Shown here in pieces: positions 49,774-62,729 of a stretch of 64,000 nt of DNA (the stretch's first letter is position 1; every line of letters starts with the position of its first letter). This DNA is from Zootoca vivipara (Eukaryota), in the NCBI RefSeq assembly GCF_963506605.1, contig NC_083277.1, forward strand, positions 88,412,001 to 88,476,000, written 5' to 3'. Both the position numbers and the translations under genes were made by a program. The notes under the pieces are model-generated. The model saw nothing but the letters and a program-made list of their open reading frames with translations, made no database searches and was not told the DNA's origin.

Positions 49774-51193
49774 ATTCTTAGGAGGAACCACCCAGTGGAG
49801 CAGCAGTGCCGCATTGCCTCCTTTTCCCCTGGCAACATGTTGGAAAACAAGAATGTTCAACATGACATGATCACTTACGTAGTTGAACCTTCAGCTTATG
49901 AGTTGTTGTTTTGTTGCATATTACTGTGGTAGAGAGAAAGAGGAGAGTACACGGGGTTGTTAAGTAGCATATAGTCCAGGGAGAGCCCGTGTGGTGCCCT
50001 CCAGATGTTGTTGGACTACACTTCCCACCACCCCTGACCACTGGTCATGCTGGCTAGGGCTGATGGGTGTTGGAGACCAACAAAGTCTGGAGGGCACCAG
50101 GTGTAGTTTCTACCTTGATTTCTTGCCATCCCAGCTGTTCACACATTGCTCACTGGATTCCTCCTGGAGCGGAAATCCTTTCCCATGTCAGCTTGGAAGT
50201 TGTATACAACTTCAGTAGCAATCTCTGAAACAGAATATTTTCTCTTAGCTGGCTGATGTATAGTTCAGCTATTTGGCACACAGGCACAGCCCCCATATGG
50301 TGCTTTTGGGAAATGCATCTTACCGTATGTATAGATGGAGCTGTGTGCAAGAGGGAGAGACAGAGACAGAGACGGACGGAGACGAAGGGAGGGAGGGTGG
50401 GTTGGAGGAACTCTCACACACAAGTATTTTGTACAGAAAGCTAGATTGTTCATGGACAGATGTTCACAGATGGGTGCTAACAAAGTACAAAATTGCCATT
50501 GCTAAATAAATAGACAAAGAATTATTTTTGGTACTGTAACTCGCCTGCGCTGTAGCTTTTGTAGTGTTGGATTATGCAGATTTTACTACTACATGTTGTC
50601 TTGCAGCTTTGTCTGCTCAGCTTGTAGAAAGCTGGGATCCTGAGATACAGGAGCGTGATCTTGTTGCAGTGGGCTCCAGGTCACAGTGAAAATGTTTCTG
50701 AGAACGGTTCCTGTCAATTATTTCCCCCTATCCTCACATGAGAAAGTGGGTTTCCCTATTGTGCAACCCATGGGTCAACCCTACTGCTCCTGTCTTCTCC
50801 TGCCCTTGCTAGTTAGTCCTCTGCCAAATAACACAGTCCTTGTCTACCAGTTGCCTCCAGGTGCCCAAATATTAATTAGAAGGTATTTTTCTCATCATTG
50901 GCCATGGCAGTCTGTTTAACCTCCAGCTATCCTGCTGTGGAGCCTCAAAGTTCTCCCCCAGCTTTTCACACCTTCCTGTTTATAATTGCACCCAGTGGCA
51001 TTTGCATGTTCAAGATACTTCGCTCATAGAAGAATATACCTCACCTGATGAGTTGTAGCTGGCCAGGTGAACTGACTGCTGAATAGTGCTGTGCTTGAGG
51101 TAGTGCTGTGCTGAATTTTCGTGAGGGGAGGAACTGTAGCTTAGTGCAGGGTTTCCCACATTTCGGGCTCCAGCTGTTTTTGGACTACAATTG

Positions 51194-52084
51194 CCCTCAT
51201 CTCAGTGTCTGGAGGCAGTTGGAGGTTGGATGGCAGCTAACAGATTGAGGTTGAATCCTGACAAGACAGAAGTACTGTTTGTGGGGGACAGGAGGCAGGC
51301 AGGTGTAGGGGACTCCCTGGTCCTGAATGGGGTAACTGTGCCCCTGAAGGACCAGGTGCGCAGCCTGGGAGTCATTTTGGACTCATAGCTGTCCATGGAG
51401 GCGCAGGTTAATTCTGTATCCAGGGCAGCTGTTTATCAGCTCCATCTGGTACGCAGGCTGAGACCCTACCTGCCCGCGGACTGTCTCGCCAGAGTGGTGC
51501 ATGCTCTAGTTATCTCTCGCTTGGACTACTGCAATGCGCTCTACATGGGGCTACCTTTGAAGGTGACCCCGGAAACTACAATTAATCCAGAATGCAGCAG
51601 CTAGACTGGTGACTGGGAGCAGCCACCGAGACCACATAACACCTGTCTTGAAAGACCTGCATTGGCTCCCAGTACGTTTCCGAGCACAATTCAAAGTGTT
51701 GGTGCTGACCTTTAAAACCCTAAATGGCCTTGGTCCAGTATACCTGAAGGAGCGTCTCCACCCCCATCGTTCTGCCCGGACACTGAGGTCCAGCACCGAG
51801 GGCCTTCTGGTGGTTCCCTCACTGCGAGAAGCAAAGCTACAGGGAACCAGGCAGAGGGCCTTCTTGGTAGTGGCACCCGCCCTGTGGAACGCCCTCCCAT
51901 CAGAGGTCAGAGATATAAACAACTACCTGACATTTAGAAAATACCTAAAGGCAGCTCTGTTTAGGGAAGTTTTTAATCTGTGATATTTGATGTATTTTAA
52001 TGTTTGTTGGAAGCCACCAGAGTGGCAGGGGAAGCCCAGCCAGATGGGCGGGGTATAAATAATAAATTATTATTATTATTATTA
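51194..52084 (+). mobile_element. L2 LINE, 5'-truncated, with (TAT)n tail
   Basis: WMAANRLRLNPDKTE...SRLDYCNAL...DHITPVLKDLHWLPV...LWNALP, with one stop and one frameshift. Confidence 0.93.
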
Positions 52085-52110
52085 CTTCCCTTCAAAATGC
52101 CACTGAAGTA

Positions 52111-52319
52111 CAGTGGCACCTCGAGTTACGAACGCTTCGGGTTACAAACTCCACAAACCCGGAAGTAGGTGGTTGCGAACTTTGCCCCGGGATACGAACG
52201 CAATTCCTCTTCCAGGGCCGCAGGAGGCCTATGTAGGGAATGTGTGCCTCAGGTTAAGAACGCTTCGGGTTAAGAACGGACTTCCAGAACGAATTAAGTT
52301 CATAACACGAGGTGCCACT
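52111..52319. mobile_element. Tc1/mariner MITE
   Basis: TA|CAGTGGCACCTCG...CGAGGTGCCACT|TA (terminal G lost). Confidence 0.85.
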
Positions 52320-52560
52320 TACATATGTCTGATGTGGAGTTTGAGTCTAACAACATCTGGGGCTCCACAGGTTCCCCATCCCTGGTGTAGATGGACTGAC
52401 TCACTGTAAGGCAGCTACCTGTGTATTTCAGACTGACTGAATAACAGTAACTTCCCAAGCCTAAAGTTTCAGCCTTTTTTTTTAAAACCTCTTCTTTTCC
52501 CACTTCATCAGTGGAAAGGGTTTTGAAGCTGTCAGCTGGGGGCTCATTCTTGAAGGGTGA

Positions 52561-53072
52561 TGTGGTGTTTGCCCATTCTTTGGGGATACGTTTGTATTGG
52601 GGGAGAGAAAGGGTTAATAGGTTGACCAATAAGAAAGCCTGGAGGCGGAGCCTACCTGATTTTGAGAGTTAGTTCAGTTGGTTCTTTTGGGAGGGTAGAT
52701 AGAGGAGTTAGAGTGAGTTAGAGACAGGGACAAGACTGAGAGGGAATAGAGCAGGCATCCCCAAACTTTGGCCCTGTAGATGTTTTGGACTACAATTCCC
52801 ATCTTCCCCGACCACTGGTCCTGTTAGCTAGGGATCATGGGAGTTGCAGGCCAAAACATCTGGAGGGCCGCAGTTTGGGGATGCCTGGAATAGAGTGACA
52901 GCGTTTCGAATATATTTTAAACTTTAATCTTCATTGTTAACTCTACCTGACTGAGACTCAATACTTCACCGGGGAACCCTGGGTTTTTGCCACAAAATTG
53001 GCGACAGTGGAAGAATAAAGTACTGTAGTGGTGTACAGGTCAATAGTGACACGATCAGGGTATCACGCCACA
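52561..53072 (+). mobile_element. Solo LTR carrying a nested hAT MITE
   Basis: TGTGGTGT...ACGCCACA termini, 5-bp TSD GGTGA, CCAAT at 52626, GC box at 52642 and AATAAA at 53014. Confidence 0.75.
52752..52887. mobile_element. 136-bp palindromic hAT MITE
   Basis: Perfect TSD GAATAGAG. Confidence 0.93.
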
Positions 53073-54734
53073 GGTGACTAGGTGTTCAATACTCCCTGCC
53101 CTGCCTCCTAGCTGTTGCCAACTTGAAGCAAGGAGAACGAGCCTCTGGCGTTAGTAAAGTATAGCCGAGGCAGAGAGGTTCAATCATTGCTGGAAGTCAA
53201 AGGCCAAGGCAGTGGCACTGCTTGGAGGAAGAGAAGAGCTCAAGTTTATCAGAGTCCCCACTTAATGTAATCCCAGACAGTGGGATGTAGCCTTGGCGAC
53301 AGTGAACTATCCAATGGTTTTCTGAATGCCGACTTAGGTGTGGAGACCTGAAAAACACCTGGGAATTGTATGGCGGCATTGTGTGCAGGAACAGCGTCGG
53401 CTTATGTGTGGTGCATACTTTTGCAATGAGTAATGCTGTTATGCTACTATGATAATGAGACTTAGGGGCTTTGGTGTTACCTCTTTGCTGTTCCGTCGTT
53501 GACCTACTCATTTGGGCAGCTTCTTCCCCCGAGGCATATTGTTGGAGCAGGGCCGCATTACGGCGTACGTCACCCCTGACTGGTCAGAGAAGAGCTCGTT
53601 CTAAGATTCCCAGCTGTGTGTACACGGCCAAAAGCTATTCATGCACAGCTGCTTGTCATCGTCTTGGAGCCTTGCCCAGGCTTTTCTCTGCTCTGCACCT
53701 TGCTGTTTCTAGCCATTGCGATTACATAAGGAAGTTTATAGGATAGTGAGCTGGAGATCTAATTGGGTTGCCTCCTCCACCCGGTTCCTGCTAAAACGAG
53801 GGCAGTGTAATGGGAGTGTCATTCAGATTTGCTCCTAATGACTCTCTGTCCCCATGTGATCAGGGCAGAGCATCAAATGTGTGGCTACAAGGCTAGGGTG
53901 CGATGGGAACTGTGGGTGTCAAAGAGACCATTAGCTGAGGCTGCGTGTGTATGTGTACACATGAATATATGTACACACAGCCTGCTTGAGATAAGTGGTT
54001 CTCCTAATTGCAGTGCCTTGCTTTTTTACCATACAAGTTGTTGTTATTTGAATTTATAGACCTCCCTATACCCAATGGTCTCAGGGCAGTACTGGGGGGT
54101 CTCAGGGCTGTTCAGTGGCATAGTGCTGTTTTCCCCTGAGTTACAGTATCAGCCTTCCCCAACCTGGTGTCCTCCAGATGTTTTGAATAGCAACTTCCAT
54201 CAGCCCCAGCTAGCATGGCCAATTATGAGGGAAGATGGGAGTTGTAATCCAACAACATCTAGAGGACACTGGTTGGGGAAGGGTAGTGTAAGTATTTGAG
54301 TGTGCCTTCTGTTGGTGGTTTGCTTATTCCTACTGCAGCTGTTCTCAGTTCTCACTGCCTCCACTTCTCCTTCCATGCTTCTCTGGCCACAATAAAATTC
54401 CCTGGTGGCCATTTGAGAAGCCAGGCCTCCAGGGTCATTTGCCACAGGATTCCAGAGTGTTGGCTGGACCTAGGGGCAAAATGCCGAACTTAATCTCAAG
54501 ATTTGATAATTTCCCCCAAAGCTTGGAGCTCTAGAATTTTAAATCCTTGTCCTTTATTGCTTCTGCAGGTTTGATTACGACAAGAAAATTTAAATGGCAA
54601 GGTGGTGTTGGACACAAAGTTGGTTGATTTGGAGAGGCTTTTTTAAAAATCCTCTTCCAGAAGCCAAAAGGACACCTTACCTATGTTGACAGCCATTGTA
54701 TGTTTATAGGATTGAATACCACCAGCCAAATATA

Positions 54735-55085
54735 CCATATATTCCGGCATATAAGACGACTGGGCATATAAGACGACCCCCAACTTTTCCAGTTAAAATA
54801 TAGTTTGGGATATACTCGCCGTATAAGAAATACGACCCGGCGTATAAGACAACCCCCGACTTTTGAGAAGATTTTCCTGGGTTAAAAAGTAGTCTTATAC
54901 GCAGGAATATACAGTACTTTATTTTTCCGTGTATAAGACGGGTTTTTTAAAAACCAAAAAATTAGATTTAAAATTGGGGCTCGTCTTATACACAGGTAGT
55001 GCTGAGGGGTGTTTTCTTAATTTGGAGTACCCAAAAATAGGGGGCATCTTATACATGGGGGCATCTTATACACGGAAAAATATGG
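54735..55085. mobile_element. Two tandem Tc1/mariner MITEs (CCRTAT-type termini)
   Basis: 54735-54914 and 54917-55085 are separated by a single TA. Both carry TATAAGAC/GTCTTATA subterminal repeats. Confidence 0.75.
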
Positions 55086-55227
55086 TACTGGTGATAATGA
55101 AATAATGTTGGACAATCAACATAATTGAGGAGCACCATTAGGTTGTGGGGGGGAATTCCATTTGCCATAGTGTGTTTTCGCCTTTGCTGATAATTTTCAT
55201 CATGCTTGTTCTTACAGATGTGTATTA

Positions 55228-55468
55228 CAGTCAAACCTCGGTTGTTGAACATAATCCATTCCAGAAGCCTGTTTGGCTTCTGAAATGTTCGATAACTGAG
55301 GCGCGGCTTCCGATTGGTTGCAGGAGCTTTCTGCACTCAAGTGGAAGCCGCGTTGCACGTTTGGCTTCCGAAAAATGTTCAAAAACCAGAACACTTACTT
55401 CCGGGTTTTCGGTGTTCGGGAGCCGCAATGTTCCAAAATGGAGGCGTCCAGGAGCCGAGGATTGACAG
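55228..55468. mobile_element. Tc1/mariner MITE
   Basis: TA|CAGTCAAACCTCGG...CCGAGGATTGACAG|TA. Confidence 0.8.
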
Positions 55469-55953
55469 TATAGGTGTTCAATTGGTGTACTGGTAGCATG
55501 TTGTGTTTATAATAATGATTTGTATAACAGCATATCTATATAACAGAATAGCTGTCTATCTATGAGCCTAGTATGGACACAGAATCTGCTTATATGATTA
55601 ATTCTCCTTGGAGACAGTGTTCTGTATTTCTGTTTCCCAAAAGTCACATGCAATGATATGTTGGATTGTCAAAGCTACAATACTGGCTCCACGACATTCC
55701 ACCATCTTCCCTGCCCTTAGGGAACGTCTGTGCTTTACAGAAGATAGTCTGAATACATTTCCCAGGCTGCAGATGGGAAGATAATTGGGGTGTTTGGGTT
55801 TTTAGGAGTGTTTACCTCTCCTATTTCCCATATCTTACCACCAGGAATAATAAAAGATACCTCAGAATTTCATACTGTACCTGTTCTGTCCAATCTTTTT
55901 ATCATCATCTGGAAGCAAGTTTTAACAGGCTTTTTCTGTTGTCCTGTCATCAG

Positions 55954-56074
55954 AAACCTAGGAAGGTCATACCTCAAGTCGGAGAAGACACTCAAAATGG
56001 CCACCTCCCACCCGGCTGGCAGAGTTATATGTCTCCCCAGGGACGAAGGTACTACGTGAACACTTTCACCAATG
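55954..56074 (+). CDS. GAS7: GAS7 (growth arrest-specific 7) internal coding exon 2, linker plus most of the WW domain
   Basis: Acceptor tttttctgttgtcctgtcatCAG (ends 55953) and donor G|GTAAGC (56075). 121 bp, phase 0 in and phase 1 out. Translates KPRKVIPQVGEDTQNGHLPPGWQSYMSPQGRRYYVNTFTN, matching mammalian GAS7 KPGMVPPPPGEESQTVILPPGWQSYLSPQGRRYYVNTTTN as recalled. Exon 1 (SH3) and exon 3 were not found in the window. Confidence 0.93.
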
Positions 56075-58094
56075 GTAAGCTTCATTTATGTGATCCTTTT
56101 ATGCGTAAATGTTTATCTCCTCTGAATTCTCTAAAAACTTAAGGCAGCTAATAATTTTTACTTAATTAAAAAAAATAGCTTGAAATTTTTCCAGTTTCTC
56201 ATTCAGATTCCAATCCTGACACATTTTAGGCCTGGGTTTCTAGTATTTCCTCTTCTGCTCTCAAGTGACCACATAGTCTTAATTTGGATTCTGCAGAAGA
56301 ATAAGCTCACTTTTGTTCAAGACGATAACCCCAGGGGATGGAAGTTCATAAAAGGTCAAGAGGTTTTAAGCAAGCAACCATCAGCTTGAAATAGCAGTTA
56401 CTTTGCTGCTGCTGGGATAGTCAGGACTTGGAGCTGATTTTGATAGATTTTTGCATTATTGTGGACAGAATGGACATGCTTGCGGTCCCTGGGAACCTCT
56501 GTTCCTTGTAGACATAGGAGCAGTCTTGTCCTCTTCCTTGTTCTTCTCCACCACCTCCTCTTCCTTCATTTCCATACTGCCATGTCCACGTCCACCTCTT
56601 CCTCCTCCTCCTTCTCAGCCTCCACCCCCATGGTAGATCCATCCACCACTTGGGGGAAATGAGCCAAATTTCCAAAGGAGGGGTGTGGGTGAATGGACCA
56701 GAGCCAGGAATTTAGTGGGATACGTTTTCGTGATACCTTATCCCAGGCTTTTGGAATAAGCAACTTTGGATTCTGACCTGGCATCCACCTTACAAATTAG
56801 CAGAATGATTGGCCCCCAATCCTGGGCCTTGTTAAGGTATGTCTGTGGGAACTTTGAGTGTTGGTATTTCTTCTGGGACGGTGTCTCAACACTGTAGTAG
56901 TGCTCTGTGCAAGTTACTTTGAGTGTGTGTGTTTCATTGTTGCCTTTGGGCATTTATGGATAGGGAATTCATTCCATCCCCAGAAGGGACAAGACTACGG
57001 GCTGGAATAGCCCTAATCACATGGAATTACCAAATAAATAACACTATGGGCCATGAGCCTGAAATAATCATTAAAAAGTCTGTGGGGCTGTGATGTTTTG
57101 CAACCATGGGTATCATTTTGAAATATGGCCTGCCCCTTTTAAAATAAAGGACGTTTGGAAACTTTGACTTCCCCAAGCATCAGCGCAGGAAATCCGTAAT
57201 GCCTTACGTGTCCATTCAGGGGGTTTTCTTTGTGGTTTAGCTAAATCTTCATCACACCAGAAGTGACTGACTGACCGATCCTTTGCTATGGAAATTTGCA
57301 CGAGACACAAGCAGGATTTAAAACTGTGTTGCAACAGGGTGCAAACCCACCCACCCCCAACTTTGGTCGGGATTGTTTGCCACACATTCCATGAAGAATT
57401 AATATCACCCAAACAGTGAGAATTTCTGCTTCGAGCTGGGCCCTTAGCAGCTGCTCCCATTTTCCAAACGTGTAGTGCCTGGGATTGCATCCTACAGGGA
57501 GGGAGATGACAGCTAAATTAGGTTTTGAATTTTACAGGAGTCCATGACAAATTATTTATGTTCAAACAATAAAGCTCTCCTTCTAATTGACAGTTCTCTG
57601 TTTGCATTGTAGCATGTCCCCTTCTCCCCATACTTTCACAACCGACTAATATAAAGTAGACACTCTTAATTTACTTGTATTGAGCCATGTGGTTTCTGCT
57701 TCCTTCTTTTTAGGATCAGATACATAGCCAAATAACGCATTTGTCTTTTGGTGACACCTCACATTCCACAAGGGCTCTGATCTCTTAGCCTAATGCTTTC
57801 TAGGCATTAATGAATTGCAACTTCTGTTTCAGGCTTTTTGTTATTCTTTGTCATCAAACATAGGCGGGGTGGAACCAAAGTTTTGTTTTGGTTTTTGGTA
57901 GAAGAGATTTCCTTTTAAGCAAGCAAGTTAAATGTTGTGCTGTAATGTATTTATTTGTTACTCTTACACCCGCCCTTCCTCCTGCTGGAGCTTGGTGTGA
58001 GGTAATAGGGTACCTGTCCCAGGTGCAAGCCAGATCGAGAATGAAAAGTAGCCATCAAAGAACATGATGACAGTAATTAGAATTGTATTACGTA

Positions 58095-58186
58095 TGGGAC
58101 AGCTGCATATTCCTGCATTGCGGGGGGTTGGACTAGAATGATCCTCGGGGTCCCTTCCAACTCTGCAATTCTATGATTCCATGATT
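58095..58186 (+). mobile_element. CR1-tailed SINE/CR1 3' end
   Basis: GGGGTTGGACTAG...GGTCCCTTCCAACTCT...ATTCTATGATT. Confidence 0.75.
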
Positions 58187-61100
58187 TTCAGCATGGAAAT
58201 ACTGGATAGATTTTCAGGGCAGGAGAAAAAAAGATGTCACCTTACTTGGAGGCTTAGTGGGGGCAGCTGGACAAGCAGAGCAGCACTGTGGCAGCTTCTT
58301 ATTACTCCTGCTGAACTCAGCAAATCACATTCAGCCCTTGAGCAGTCTTAACTGAGAAGGAGAAAACAAGGGGGGGGGTGACTCTGGCCATCTGCTGCAA
58401 ATCTGATCATAACAGGCAGCATTTCTTTCTTTATTTTACTTTTTTGAACGGCAGCTCTGAGCAGGAATAGCCTACCTGAGCAGTAACAACTAGGGAATTT
58501 CAGCAGCAGTGCCCTTGAGGGTCTACAAACCTGCCTTAGATATTACCGGTAGCAAACTTTCATTTCTCCCATATGCCCCTGTATTGCTAGTTATAAACAT
58601 AGCTAAAGCACTAATGAGTGCAAAGAAGCACTGAAGGACTGTGTACGATTATTTCTCCGATTCTACATTAACTGACGAAGCCAATGGCCCTTTTCAAATT
58701 TGTTTGAATATACTATGCAAATTGACCATAGTTTAATCGAATTCACCTCAGATATATGGCAGACCTGCTTCTGATTTACCCAGCATCCTTTGGATGGGCT
58801 TATTGGTCGATTCAAGAACTGTAAGGCCAGGGCTTAGACTTAAAGTGAGAATTTTATTGGATTTGGGTACAGCATGGATTTCCGCCCCCACCCCACCCCT
58901 GCTCACATTCTTGTGAAGACATCACCTTCTAAGAAGTTTTATTTGGTTATAACCTGTAGTAGTAGTAGTAGTAATAATTATTATTATTTAAAAAGTGATT
59001 CAGTCCGAAATTTAATTGAGACTTTCTGTTTGTGATGAGGAACAGAGAAAGTCAAAACTGCAAAGAGCAAGCTCTCCCCCCCCCATCACACTTGATAAAA
59101 ATTTTCCTTGTCAAAGAATTCTGAAACAGAGGTGCTGACATTCAAAACAAAAATCATCAACAGAAAAAAGAAGCACCGTGATTTGTGGAATGTGCTGCAA
59201 CATACACCCTTATGAAAGTTCTCAGTTGCCCCCTTCACTTTCACATTTTTTGAGGTAAACTTCTTTTCATTTCATAACAAATGTGTACTGTATTTTCTCC
59301 AGATTTCCAATTTCCAGCCATAGCTAGGCATTCCATTTGCCAGTTCTCTGTATATTGACATGAATGCAGGTGCTGAAAGAGGAAAGTGGACAAATTATAC
59401 ATAAAAGAAGCTCCATGCACATTTGCTGCTTCAGTGAGGTCACACACACACACACCCGTCCCTGCACTGCATTTGCATGTTGCTCTACACACCAGAGTGG
59501 TGAAGACGTCTCCACCTGATCTGTATTATCTGCTGGGTTTCCCTGCAACTGCAGCCCCCCTGAACTTTTATCTCAAAAAACCTCAGCTTAACCAAAGTTT
59601 ATGTTTTCAAATCGCATGGAAGCTGGTTTGAAGGAAAACATCAGGCAGGAGTATTCCTCCAGAGACGACAGGATAGATATGGATTGTGGCTAATGTCATG
59701 TATACATGGTTCCACTGTGCTTTCCTGAGAACATTTTTCTAATGAAACTTGAACTTTTTTTGGGTGTGTGTGTGTTTTTTTTAAAAAATATAGATTTTAA
59801 TGAGAAAAAGCAAGTTGGGGATCCCAGCAATAGCAAATTGATACTTTCCCTTTCCCGCACCTCTCTCCTCTGTTTCCCCATTATGAGTTCCCGTAGATTA
59901 AATCTTAAAAGTTTGGCAAATTAAGCCAGGAATTCAACAAACACCCACTGCATGGTAGCAACTTGCAGATTTACCTTTACCATGTGACCAAGCGGAGAGC
60001 TTTTGGCCCCACATTTAATGGTATCCAGGAACCAATCCAGGGAATTTTACTCTCTTGTGGCCAGAGACTATGGACCACTCCATGAGGCTTGAGCTGTCAT
60101 TTAGTAAATATTCACGTGATTTCACCATGAAGATATGCATATTATAAAGATCCGGAGTGTGTATGGCCATGTTGTTAGGATTTTGCCTCCCTTCCCCCAA
60201 ACCTTTTAAAAAGGGTAACACCTATTTTTATTATGAACAGCCAATGTAAAGGTCATGGAAAACCAATAGCATATATATTATTGACTGGAAAAATTGAGTT
60301 TTGTAGGGAGGAGAGCTTGAAGCAGAATTGTAAAGTTGGGTGTTGCTTTAAAGGGGTCTTTTCAAAAGATGGAGTCATTAAAAATGGTGCGGGGAGTATT
60401 CCGAAAAGTGCTCTCAATTGATTTAACCCAGGGCGGTCCAATGTCTCAGAACCAAGTGGCCTGCAGGAGGACTTAGACACAGAACCCAGAGGCTGCATAT
60501 TATATCAGAGTGGCCCACAGAGTAATCCTGGTAATGCATTTGATCTTGCTGTTCACAGCAAGCCCTGCGAGACATCCTGCCTTTCCTCTGCATTCTAATC
60601 ACGCAGTGACCAAAATAATAAAGTGAAACCTCCGAAAGAACAGAAAAGGCTCCCAGAACTAGGTGGAGGAGCGGCCTCTGCTAGTGTGAAGTGGTGGGGG
60701 AGGGCTGCTGCTAAAAGACCCCCATGAATAGCAGGTGCGGCTAGGCTCTGTGGCTTGCACCCACCCGTGACCCTGCCATCCCAGCTCCTGCTGCCCTGGG
60801 TGAGCTTAGAGGGCCAGCAGGGGAAGGACTGGCATGTTTGGCCTGACAGGGGCTGAGGGATGCGCACCAAGCACCTGTCTGATCTAAGTTTATTACCTAC
60901 TGATGGTGTGGGGTTTGTTTGCACACTCCTAGTTCCTCCCTTAGGCATTGGGAAGAGAGGGTTTTTTGTGTTTTTTGTGTTTTTTTTGGCTGAGGGTAAA
61001 AGGCTGGAGCTGTCCCTCACAGCAGGCAATGGGTGTTTAAAATGATTGAAAAAGGAAATAATTGAATGCATTTTTTACCCTGTTCCTTGTTAATCCAAGG

Positions 61101-62729
61101 TTGTTTCAAACTTGGCAGTGAAGAATGGACTGTAGCCTCTCCTTTGACACAAGATATAAATCCAAATGGATGAAATATACCGAATTGCTTGTCTTCCATA
61201 AAACCTTATCCAAACAGGATATATTTCTCTTTCATTTCCTTTTATATACAAAAGCAGTGAAGTCAACTACTAAAAATCCCTTTGTTTCTAATACATTGTT
61301 CTGTCGTTTTGGAGCATAACTGTAAGCATCGGGCCTGAACTGCCTTGGGTATCTCGCAGTCTCCAGCAGTGGGCTCTTTGCAAGCCTTATGTCCCATTCC
61401 TGGGAGAGGACAGTCTTCTCAGAGATCTCTCAGGGTTTCTGGTGGCCTGGTCGCCTGGCCTAGCTTATTGCTGGTGGCATTTAGTCGTTTAGGAAATCAG
61501 TAGCTGTCAGCTATGTTTTGTCCTTCTTGGAGGAGAGTAATTGTAGCCTTTTAGGTAAATTGCCATGTGGCATTTGTGTAGTGTTCAAAACATAGCAGAA
61601 CCTGCCTATTGTGGGGAGAAAAGTCAACACTATCCTGCCAGCTATCCCCAGTGCACAAAAAGTCCTGATAATCTCCCATTCATGTTTAGTGTCTTGGTCA
61701 TACTGTACATGCTATTGCTTCCTGGTTAATTTCACAGTCTGGTGGGCATCCCTGATGCTGTTTATATGATCAAGTTCACCCCCCCCCCCCAAGGAAGGAT
61801 GGGGTTTGTGCTCTTCGATGGAAGGCTGCGGTACCACTTCCTGATTTGTTCTTTTAAAAAGCAAAGCTATGGAGAACCTAGAAGAACTCCTTCTTGTGAA
61901 ATTCCCATAGATAAATGTGTTGTGATCTCAAGGCCCGCCTTAGCATGACCCCTGCCCCCAACGCTGGAATGCTCTTTAAGCATTTCATGCCTGCAGGATT
62001 GGCCCACCTTTGTTTCAAGATGTTAGGCTGACAAAGCTCCCATGGAATTCTGATTGTGCAACATATGCAGGGTGGTGGCTCCAGGTGTCTGTAGGAGAAA
62101 AGGTTGCTTGCAACAAACCGAAAAGGCCATTCTGCTGCAGCTTGTGAAAAAAGCTCTTGTTAAAGTAGGCCCTGTGAAGAGCAAAGATAAAGTCTCCTCT
62201 ACATCCCAGGTACCAAACATTTTGGAGTGTACCCAGTGCTAGTCCTACTGAGAGGAGTCACATTGAGTAACTTGGGTCCATTGATTTTGGTAGGTCTAAT
62301 TTCAGTATAGTTCAATCTGTGTACAAATTACTGGTTTAAACACAGCGAGGGGGTTTGTTCTTGTCTCATGTTTCAAGTCAAATTTGCCCATCACTGTACA
62401 CACCAGCAAGGGTTGATGTGTACTGAAGTCACCTGCTGTATGTGTATGCCAGTGGGAGAGACTGGGCAATGATATCTTCATCTGATAAGAATTGGTTGTT
62501 TAGTTTCCCTGCCCAGTTTCCACCCCCAGAAATCCCGATGGAAAGGAAACTTTCACAGCTGAGTCTCAAATAAGGAAACAGTGCTCAAGTTGCATTGTGG
62601 CTGGCTTGAGGGAAACTGCATTAGAACGCAGTATTTTACCAGAAACTACAGGATTGCTCCGGATCCTGGGTAATGTCATGTGCACATGGTTTCAAAAATG
62701 GAGCCAGAGTGAACAGTATTGTAATGTGT

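Noticed and set aside
56520-56630. Pro/Glu-rich short ORFs after exon 2
   Set aside because: Pyrimidine-rich low-complexity tract that does not match the expected GAS7 exon 3 (ETTWERP...).
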